Virus record (IMG/VR): IMGVR_UViG_3300025872_000049
Source: an uncultured virus (IMG/VR IMGVR_UViG_3300025872_000049)
Taxonomy: Duplodnaviria > Heunggongvirae > Uroviricota > Caudoviricetes
Strand: one strand, 5' to 3'
Length of the DNA: 64,000 bases
This document shows positions 37,801 through 45,265 of the stretch, in pieces. Position 1 is the stretch's first letter. Every line of letters starts with the position of its first letter. A program made the position numbers and the translations under genes. Under the pieces are notes generated by a model that saw only the letters and a program-made list of their open reading frames with translations, was not told the origin of the DNA and searched no databases.

Positions 37801-39176
37801 TCACCGGGGCGTAATGGTCGCGGTCGATTCACATCTAGCGCACGAAGGAGTGCTTCATCCTTCACCTTGGCATAGCGATTTTCGCGATTCTTGATTCGCT
37901 TCTTATCACCAGGCTTATATTCGTCAGGATTATAACCACCCACAAGACCACGAGCGGCTCGTTCCATTACGCCATCACGCTGACGCTCAGCCACGGGCTT
38001 GCGGACAGGGCGCGCGCCCTGACGACGCTCAGGGCGATTTACATTGCGATTCTGCCCACGATTAGGAAGCGCAGGGCGAGCGGGAACCGGACGATTTACT
38101 CCCTGACCGCGCCCAGCAGGACGAACAATTGCCCGTCCATTCGGTCCGCCATCGCGCTCACGGCGAAGCGCACGGTTCTCACGAATAAGTTCAGCAATTC
38201 GCTTTTCAACCGCCGGAGTCGGAGTCTCATCTACCAAATCATCTAGTTCACGCGAAATTGCCTGCAACCGGTCATCAATCTCCCGTTTGCGTCCTTCGGG
38301 AACATTGGGAACACCAACTCTACGCTGGCGCCTCATGCCTACATTAGGGACATAGTCACGTGGCTGGTACTCACCAACAAGACGCTGGGCACCACGTTCA
38401 AGAGCGACAGCAGCCTGACCTGCTCCACGACGAATGGCGTCGCCAGCACGCTCTCCAACACCGGGCTTCTGTGCTCGTTCAGCAGCGCGATTCAAGCGTC
38501 GCAGTTGACGCTGTTCGCCGATATTGTCGATTCGTCGTCCAGCATTAACCAAAGCGCGTCCGACACGCCGGATAATTCCACCGCCACAACCACGCCCAAA
38601 ACGGTCAGTGATATATCCGCCAAACTGGCTACCGGACGGACAGCGCCATCCTCCCGATGGTCCAAGGTCGGGGTCCCATACTGCGCGGACCTTCTTCATC
38701 TCAAAATTGAGACGCGAATAGGTGCTTTCGCTCCGATATGACAGAGCCTTGTATTCAATAGCCGCTTGACGGCTAGAAGATGAGATTGTTGATAGACGAG
38801 CCGAAGAAACGGCAGGCATTGACTTGGAGCGGATTGCGGTTGGGCGGTAGAGACGACCATGTCCAACAACAGCATCAACGACTTCATGCGTCGGCTCAGA
38901 ATCATTGGACGTAATTTCGGCTAGCAAGTGGTCGCCATAAAGTGACTTTGCTTGAGTAAGAATTTCGTCAGTAAGGATGCGAGCATTACCCGTATAAAGA
39001 GCATGAGACAACGACTCGTTCAGTTGCTTCATATTCATGGATGAACTATTAACCCATTCCGCCCAAGCGGAAGCATCATCCGTGACGGCTATTGCCGTAG
39101 CCTGATTATTCTCGTAAATAACGAGTGCATACGCACTATCCGACTCAGATTCACGAACGACCTGTAGACGCTTCAT
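34893..39176 (-). CDS. 1427-aa protein with C-terminal HipA/PI3-4K-like kinase domain
   Basis: FVLK, LLNYILQVPDRHDQN, IPIDL; Arg/Pro-rich middle. Confidence 0.75.
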   Translation of the reverse strand: MKRLQVVRESESDSAYALVIYENNQATAIAVTDDASAWAEWVNSSSMNMKQLNESLSHALYTGNARILTDEILTQAKSLYGDHLLAEITSNDSEPTHEVVDAVVGHGRLYRPTAIRSKSMPAVSSARLSTISSSSRQAAIEYKALSYRSESTYSRLNFEMKKVRAVWDPDLGPSGGWRCPSGSQFGGYITDRFGRGCGGGIIRRVGRALVNAGRRIDNIGEQRQLRRLNRAAERAQKPGVGERAGDAIRRGAGQAAVALERGAQRLVGEYQPRDYVPNVGMRRQRRVGVPNVPEGRKREIDDRLQAISRELDDLVDETPTPAVEKRIAELIRENRALRRERDGGPNGRAIVRPAGRGQGVNRPVPARPALPNRGQNRNVNRPERRQGARPVRKPVAERQRDGVMERAARGLVGGYNPDEYKPGDKKRIKNRENRYAKVKDEALLRALDVNRPRPLRPGEGRDVEARRRQERLEILQEMVNRRMEIPDAYKREVRVYKLKPQRKQRRDGLNRQGRAAVALERAAQRVLGGEERQPRNIPVDGIDAQTRRIANARKNRPANISDSDWQQYNEYLDSIPDGNLLIPGEAPQLEPVLSFNAWKKNVQPNQSVPRVRPNRPNAPQARKPVPKPVPKAPSVKKNLDGFSDDELLKILKKHKEKDPVPFEVADLSDEDLARLMDLLDTNQTIFLRNNQGLEPRDGYRLVFEEFNHRQDNGLWKTPKTPKAPVSVRARSRSARVQQAVSTPIRRPQPKRQRGKMLDAAQLDADQNFRLKRLVMDEKARLDADWRKRLGLGANEPVTSRAIKDYIKQRENNKPGAYIGVLKANANDWDVLNDLEQQINRRPPRAALNPDHIDLINKVGPKRRQKFIDGANASTAGRIRSNRPTRTPKPPVSDRKPRFTPPSSQFNAPPPGMSPSEAVKLRKHPDYIWRGTVRSNALKKYRDGTEEFVGTGLFDVFDWRINQREELQRETVQVLQTEKSEARRAQLLYRYNQATDELAILRDAKKRHLAILDKNRRDANKAPSAPKAPTPKPNAPANPERVVKPQPDANTPEAQPEYGNALNVLVPDTPRKRVKQVPKLGEDGTPDNPMPVVRPRPNSKIKNSQDAVKWLNDGNSIEDIPRDLWWAALVGHVSPNNKGKKQYMEVVKNGGIIGDTKIFVALDAKGQPTGMGFVLKHDKDDDRNNVNAVLNFQLANALGINVDAAGFDGPARGRNGVPAAIIPFAWNRAPQGQIVDPKAAGLKNGAGFPNFTPQQFAGEPDKAHPQRLAGFLLNYILQVPDRHDQNHMGAMVGGKPMVIPIDLDWGARRAQSPMDLGDYQRAFWADGTLLRSMNSHLKKLPQAERAKQIDDIMNVYDGMIERGRAIKAGGRDAFVKNAIDNLPDSQLQVFGVADAVKTRAGSVYDQLSLSIDKLINQRNKFLAGLTAV

Positions 39177-41113
39177 TTCTTCATCCCTATGACTGTTGAG
39201 AGCATTTCTCGTGACTGAGCAAGGCGCTCTAGCCGTTGTGTAAACAAAGATTGAACAATCTTCATATGACGCTCTTCGGCATCAGAAAGTTGTCCGTCAA
39301 CCTTTAACTTGCTGATGTAATCATCCCACTTGAAGGCACGTGCCCGTTGGATAAGGGACTCCAATATGTCCAAGGCTTGTTGCCTGACCTCTTCAGGCGA
39401 CCTGCTAAGCGAATCTGCCAAAACCTTGCCATCTGAAGAGGCAAAATCTCCAAAGTCAAGATTTCGTCGCTTTTCCAGTTCATTAGCGGAAAGACCAACA
39501 AAAGCCGATGGAGCATTAACGGTTGATACCAGACGAGTCCCATCAGCATTCGTAACGCGTGAAACAGATGATGGATTTCGACCCCTAACATCCAAGAGAT
39601 AGTCAGAAGCAAGAAGGCGCATCCGGTCCTGCGCCGAGACGTCGTCTAGGCGACCACCGACCTGCACCTTTCCATCTTTCAGCAGTGAGGCACTGTCCTG
39701 TACAAGATATGGGCGAGAGTCACCAGAATCAACGAGACGAACCTTGGGAGCAACCATTCCGAGGTGTTCCTGAATGGCTCCAGAGGCATGAGCACCCAAA
39801 TGCTCAAACTTTTGACCGCCAGTTACTTCCGTAAAGCCAACACCGCCGTCTGTTCTGGTAAACAGCGTTTGGCGAGCATTAAGTTTCTTCTGACGATAAA
39901 CCTTAGAGCGCCGAACTGCTTCCATCAATATAGTGGGGTCAATCTCTGACAGATTTCCACCCTTATTGATGTGCTCAATTGCGCCTTCTAGATTTGAAAT
40001 GTCTCGTGACTCACCCTGTTGAGGTGCCTTGGGCATAGGCGCAGAGGGGACTTGAGTAGATGGCTTGCGCTTCCCACCCTTGAATGCTTCCTGCGCCCAA
40101 CGAGGCTTGCCTTTATCTGGACCTGATGGCACCGGAGACTCGGGGTTCTTGATTCCAGCAAAATCCGTTTCAAGAGAAATAGCACCATCAGAGTTGGCTA
40201 CTACTGCCTCAAGGCGCGCCAACGGATTTTTTGAATTGTCAATTGACTCGGCGCTACTAACGGTCTTACCCAGTTTTCGTCGCTCTCCGACGGATAGTGG
40301 GCGCGTTCTATCCATCCGGACAACGGAACCATTAGGCAGAACATAGACAAGAGAAGTAACGCCAGTATTCGAAAGAAGACCTAGTTCGTCCTTGCCAAAA
40401 TCAGTGTTATTAGACAGCGCAAGAAGGAATGCAGCATCCTCCATATTTCGGTTATCAGGAACTTTCCGAAGTTCAGCGGGGGAAACGACAGGTTGCATTG
40501 GAAAACCGTCGCGCCTAATCATCATAAAATCAGCATTCGCATTTTCGGACAGAGCACGGACGGCAGTTGCAATCCCATTGTCCCTACTGCGCTTGCTCAT
40601 TGCGCCAACACGGGGAACATCAGCGGCTCGGCGAGTAATTTGAGACTCACCCGTAACCGGCGCCCCACGAAGAGGATTAACATCAGGCTTCAAATAGCCC
40701 AGACCACCGCCCTGCGGTCTCATAGCCGCATTGGCGAGTTGCATCAATGACGGAAGCAAATTTGGAAGGTCAAACAGTTGTCGACCACAAGTTGACCACT
40801 GTGAGTCAGTGAATCGACCACCAAATTGAAATCCCTCAGGACAGCGATATCCGCGCTCATTGGGTTTCCCTAGACGAGGCTTTCTCATTCCCCCACCAGG
40901 CGTCAGCGCCGAATAAATGCGCGACCGAACAGGACTACGAAACTCACTTAGGTCACCCGGTAAAATGGCGGAGCCAACGGACTGCGCGGCTCTACCAGCG
41001 CCAGTACTGGATGAGATAAGTCCCACCTTCTCACTAAGGTCAGGATTATCGGCAATGAACTGAGCAGCGCGTCGCTCTACCCATTCTCTTTTATTCGGAA
41101 TAGGCTCCGACAA
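39173..41113 (-). CDS. Paralog with degenerate HipA-like (pseudo)kinase domain
   Basis: Shared RCPxGxQFGG motif; SDYLLDVRGRNP in place of DRH. Confidence 0.65.
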   Translation of the reverse strand: MSEPIPNKREWVERRAAQFIADNPDLSEKVGLISSSTGAGRAAQSVGSAILPGDLSEFRSPVRSRIYSALTPGGGMRKPRLGKPNERGYRCPEGFQFGGRFTDSQWSTCGRQLFDLPNLLPSLMQLANAAMRPQGGGLGYLKPDVNPLRGAPVTGESQITRRAADVPRVGAMSKRSRDNGIATAVRALSENANADFMMIRRDGFPMQPVVSPAELRKVPDNRNMEDAAFLLALSNNTDFGKDELGLLSNTGVTSLVYVLPNGSVVRMDRTRPLSVGERRKLGKTVSSAESIDNSKNPLARLEAVVANSDGAISLETDFAGIKNPESPVPSGPDKGKPRWAQEAFKGGKRKPSTQVPSAPMPKAPQQGESRDISNLEGAIEHINKGGNLSEIDPTILMEAVRRSKVYRQKKLNARQTLFTRTDGGVGFTEVTGGQKFEHLGAHASGAIQEHLGMVAPKVRLVDSGDSRPYLVQDSASLLKDGKVQVGGRLDDVSAQDRMRLLASDYLLDVRGRNPSSVSRVTNADGTRLVSTVNAPSAFVGLSANELEKRRNLDFGDFASSDGKVLADSLSRSPEEVRQQALDILESLIQRARAFKWDDYISKLKVDGQLSDAEERHMKIVQSLFTQRLERLAQSREMLSTVIGMKK

Positions 41114-41118
41114 TTAAA

Positions 41119-41802
41119 TCACCCACAGCCACAGTCAGAATCTTTTTCTCCATACATCCGCTGGTGCGTCATCATCTTGCCATCTTCGTCTTCACCCTCA
41201 TGGTCCCAGTTATTGTCATCATTGAGGAAGTTAACGAACTTCGGCTCCATGACAAGGAAGTCACGAAGGACCCCGATTGCATGCTGAAGGTCGTCTTCAG
41301 TTACAACAATTGCCATCGGACGTTGGTCGGGCATATTCATGCCGTCCTCGTTGTCCCAGTTATCGTTCTCAGAGTCCCACATCATGTCCATGCCCTTGCC
41401 AGCGTTTGCTGCGCCACGAAGGCGTGAAAGGCGCTGAGCAAATTCAGAATCACTGATGAGCGAGCCTCGGACAACACCACGAAGTTTGCGACGACAGTTC
41501 TTCATGCCGGGGTGATGGCAACCCTCATTCGGCCAAAGACCGGTTGTTTCGTGATGGAGCCACGCACAGATATTGTTCAACGGGTACAACTCAGGGTGAT
41601 TAGCGAGGATTACACGACAACGACGGAATCCGCCCTCACGGCGCATAATGGGGCGCCAATAACGAAGAAGACGCTCAAGGTTGCCACGACGAGGACCGTA
41701 TCCACGAAGGACATCACCAGTAATGCGCTCCTGCGGAATTGCATCCGGAGGAACCGGAGCCTTTACGCTAACGCCTGTGATTTCTGAAAAGTTGAAACCC
41801 AT
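41119..41802 (-). CDS. Head-operon protein (LLRYW...FRRC...CAWLH..G.WP domain)
   Basis: Motif resembles domains seen with actinophage head-maturation genes. Confidence 0.65.
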   Translation of the reverse strand: MGFNFSEITGVSVKAPVPPDAIPQERITGDVLRGYGPRRGNLERLLRYWRPIMRREGGFRRCRVILANHPELYPLNNICAWLHHETTGLWPNEGCHHPGMKNCRRKLRGVVRGSLISDSEFAQRLSRLRGAANAGKGMDMMWDSENDNWDNEDGMNMPDQRPMAIVVTEDDLQHAIGVLRDFLVMEPKFVNFLNDDNNWDHEGEDEDGKMMTHQRMYGEKDSDCGCG

Positions 41803-41818
41803 GGCTAACTCCTAAATG

Positions 41819-43480
41819 TCAGAGTGTCTTGTCGATGTCTACTTCTTGGGCGAGAATTTCAAACTCCATCAAACTCTTCAGGAACTGAATGTCGTCACTC
41901 TTCTCGGCGGCAAACTGTGTCTGAACCTTCTTGGGAACCCAGTTGACCGGAATCATGTCTTCGGCGCCAAGGTCCATCGCACGCTTGATGATGTGTGCCT
42001 TTGCGGCTTCCGTGTCCTTTGCACGACCCAGCGACTGAATGGCATTCATGAGGTCGTTCTTATCCTTGATGGGGAACGAACCGTCTTCCATGGCTTCGCC
42101 AGCCTTAGCCATCGCCATACGCTGGTCCTCTGAGTAGTCACGCTTAACCTCAACCTCATCGTCAAGCGACTTGCCCTCATCCATCCAGTTGGCGGGAATA
42201 AGGTCCGAAGCCCCAAGAGCCTCTGCGCGCTTCATGATGTGCTTCTTCGTGGCAGGCTTGTCCTTGGCGCGACCATACGCACGGATTGCGTTGCGAAGGT
42301 CGGCAACATCCTTAATCGGATACGAGCCATCAGGCATAGCCATTCCGCTTTCGGCAAGCGTCATTCGCGACTCTTCGCTGTAGGCACGCTTCAGAGCAAT
42401 CTCAGCCGCCTCTGCCTCAATCTCCTCAACTTCATCCTGAGTGTAAGGCTGGTAACCAGCATAGTTGCCATCAAGTCCGACGAAAACATCGTAAGACATT
42501 CCGTCAGACCCATTGACCTCTACGACATAGACATCATCGTCATCAAGAATGTCAGAGTCAATTCGGACAACATCGCCGGTAAGACCAAGTTCGGTCTCAA
42601 GGGACTTCAAAGCAATGTCAACTGCATCCGTCGCAGTGATGACATCGTAGGCGCCCTCTTCAAACTCATCGTCCTCAAGGGACTTGCTCTCAATTCCTGC
42701 CTCAGCGGCTGAAATTCGCTGAAGTTGAAGCATTTCACCAGACTGACCATCGGAAATCATTTCCCAAGTCTTGCCATCCTTGGCTTCAACCTGAACAACG
42801 AAAAGGTCAGTCGTGAACGAGTACCCGGAATCCAGAACCTTTCCGCCGAGGATGTCAAGAGCAACGCCTTCAACATCAACGAGTCCGGGCATGCCTGACT
42901 CATTGCGACAACCACCGGGGCAGTTCTCGCAGATGTCCGACGAACCGGGGTAAGCCTTACGCTCCAACTGACAGATATAAGCATCGTCATCAAAGTCGGC
43001 AGACTTCATGCCCATCGACGACATAGCACGACCACGTGAACGCTTGGTCGGCTTCATCATCCAAGTCTTGTCGGACTCTTCGTCCATCATCTCTTCTTCG
43101 GGGTTTTCTTCCTCGTTCATCATTTCCTCAGCCATAGGCTTCTTCATGCCACCCTTTTCCTCAAGGTCCTCACCCTCGCTGTCATTCTTTTGCATGACAG
43201 CCATAGCGCCACAAGCACCACAAACCTTCGCGCCAGCCTTATAGCCACACTCACCAGAGCCGAGACCCTTAGCGCACTTGACGACACCACCATCGGCATC
43301 AATCTTCACGATTGCCTTCTCGTTGATTTCGTCCATTTCTTCGTTCTCCTTATATTGCATGGCTCGTGAGAGACAGCCTTTTGGATTGGAGCATCCCTCA
43401 CACGGAGTCATTTGGCTTTTGCCAGTCACCATGCAGTGATACTTATTTGTGATTTTCACTAAAGATTTCTCAGTGTCCAT
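41819..43480 (-). CDS. Acidic scaffold-like protein: Cys knuckles, PepSY-like domains, two GxAMxDGS[YF]PI repeats
   Basis: Motifs read from translation; position after protease. Confidence 0.65.
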   Translation of the reverse strand: MDTEKSLVKITNKYHCMVTGKSQMTPCEGCSNPKGCLSRAMQYKENEEMDEINEKAIVKIDADGGVVKCAKGLGSGECGYKAGAKVCGACGAMAVMQKNDSEGEDLEEKGGMKKPMAEEMMNEEENPEEEMMDEESDKTWMMKPTKRSRGRAMSSMGMKSADFDDDAYICQLERKAYPGSSDICENCPGGCRNESGMPGLVDVEGVALDILGGKVLDSGYSFTTDLFVVQVEAKDGKTWEMISDGQSGEMLQLQRISAAEAGIESKSLEDDEFEEGAYDVITATDAVDIALKSLETELGLTGDVVRIDSDILDDDDVYVVEVNGSDGMSYDVFVGLDGNYAGYQPYTQDEVEEIEAEAAEIALKRAYSEESRMTLAESGMAMPDGSYPIKDVADLRNAIRAYGRAKDKPATKKHIMKRAEALGASDLIPANWMDEGKSLDDEVEVKRDYSEDQRMAMAKAGEAMEDGSFPIKDKNDLMNAIQSLGRAKDTEAAKAHIIKRAMDLGAEDMIPVNWVPKKVQTQFAAEKSDDIQFLKSLMEFEILAQEVDIDKTL

Positions 43481-43501
43481 GTTACTTTCCTGCTACTTAC
43501 C

Positions 43502-45169
43502 TTAGGCGGAATAACCATCTTCGGTAAGCAACTCGGCGTCATAATTTCCAACGCTGAGAGCCGTATTGATTGCGCTAATAGCGTCGTCCGAAACAACGCC
43601 CTTGATTTCAATTCCGTGCTCATTGGCTGTTGCACTAAGACCGTGGAACTCAAAGACGGGGTCAAGCAATTGCTTCACCTCAAAAAGGTCCTCAAGATTT
43701 GCAGAGATGTTTGCAGTCTTTTCTTTCATCTCAATCTCGGAACGACCGCCAGCAGCAATCACTTCCTGAAGCAACTGCATTGCCTGACTCAACTTTTCAA
43801 GATTGCTTGCGTTAATAACGCGTCCAGCCTTGCCATGCGTATCCACGAATGATTTGACGTCGTCAACGACATCATCAAGGGATTTACCTGCCCCACCGCA
43901 ACCACAGCCGCAACCAGTCTTTGGCTTTACGAACTCGGGAGCCTCAGAATCCTCGTACTGCCTATCAAACATGTTCTGAGTAGGAGTTTTCTGTTCCTCT
44001 TCATCGCCATCTTCTTCGGGAAGATAAATGGTGCGAGGGGTAACGCCGATGGGCTTACCAAACATGAAGTCACCACCCTCAGAATGCCAACCCACTCTCA
44101 TCGTCTGGGGCTTGCCATTCATCATGTGGTCGAAAACCACCAAATTGGGTTCCACGTGGCGTATACGAACCGGACCGCCGAATCGCATCCCAATCGCGTT
44201 TGCTAGTTCCCGCATCATTTCGGGCTTCTCGCCCTCCTGATTGTTCCAGCACTTCTCGTCCATGTCGTAGGATGCCTCCATTATGAAGGTCTTTTCCTTC
44301 ATCTTGGAGTCCTGCTTCTTCATGGCTTCCCGGACAACATTCTTCATGTAGTCCTCGCCCCTGCTCCCAATCGCGAGCCACTTGATTTGAGCGATGACGC
44401 CGGGGAGCCTGAAGTCGCCCGCGTGCCTTGCCACCCATGCTTCTCGCAATTCGAGCGCGTTGGTCTGTGCTTGGCTTTTTGCGACTCCGCCCGCCTCCGC
44501 AATTTGCGTGAGGATTCGGTACTGGTCGTTTCCCTTGATATTTCCGCCTGCCGCCCAAATCTGTGGGTAATCCCTCTTTATTCGCTCTGCAAACTCACGG
44601 TCAAACATCGGCCACTTGGACTTCTTGAAGGAGTCCATCGGCTCCTCAGTAGAAGCAGCCTTGATTGAAATCGTACCAGTCAATTGATTAGCGCCATGCA
44701 ATACAGGGCTAACTTCATATAGTTCTACTTCACGAAGAAGGTTTGCTTGACGAGCGTTATCATAAATAGCGTCAAGCGTCTTGTAGCCAATACTCCACTC
44801 CTGCTCTTCGCCATAAAATGAAACATTGGCAAACGCTTCGCGTCCCTTTTCGGACTGAAGGTTGAACTGAACCCGAGCAAAAAGTCCTCCGATTCCAGCC
44901 TTCTTCATTTTCGCCGGAAGACGAGGGTCGCTAGCAGGGACCTCATAAATCTCTAGAACCTTTCCAATTGGATGATTCCAGTCATGTCCCCACACAACGC
45001 GAGGCTTTCGACGCTTTAGGCTTTCAGTAAATGCGCCAGAGAGCACGATGTCGCCAACGCTGTCCTTGTTGCCGACGCCTGCAACAAAACACTCAACAAT
45101 GCCCTTAGCCTCGTCAATTGAAACCTGACCAGGCATCGCTTTGAAATTGAAAGTCTCCGAAACCGGCAT
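43502..45169 (-). CDS. HK97-type prohead protease with long C-terminal extension
   Basis: DSVGDIV..GAF, WGHDW..PIG, WSIGY, LYEVSPV..GAN. Confidence 0.9.
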   Translation of the reverse strand: MPVSETFNFKAMPGQVSIDEAKGIVECFVAGVGNKDSVGDIVLSGAFTESLKRRKPRVVWGHDWNHPIGKVLEIYEVPASDPRLPAKMKKAGIGGLFARVQFNLQSEKGREAFANVSFYGEEQEWSIGYKTLDAIYDNARQANLLREVELYEVSPVLHGANQLTGTISIKAASTEEPMDSFKKSKWPMFDREFAERIKRDYPQIWAAGGNIKGNDQYRILTQIAEAGGVAKSQAQTNALELREAWVARHAGDFRLPGVIAQIKWLAIGSRGEDYMKNVVREAMKKQDSKMKEKTFIMEASYDMDEKCWNNQEGEKPEMMRELANAIGMRFGGPVRIRHVEPNLVVFDHMMNGKPQTMRVGWHSEGGDFMFGKPIGVTPRTIYLPEEDGDEEEQKTPTQNMFDRQYEDSEAPEFVKPKTGCGCGCGGAGKSLDDVVDDVKSFVDTHGKAGRVINASNLEKLSQAMQLLQEVIAAGGRSEIEMKEKTANISANLEDLFEVKQLLDPVFEFHGLSATANEHGIEIKGVVSDDAISAINTALSVGNYDAELLTEDGYSA

Positions 45170-45265
45170 ATTCCACCTCGTGTAAGCAAGACAATCATAA
45201 GACAGTCTCGCTTGCTGTAGGGGAAGTTCGAATACCTATTTCAGTAAATAGGTGTTTTCAGTAAA

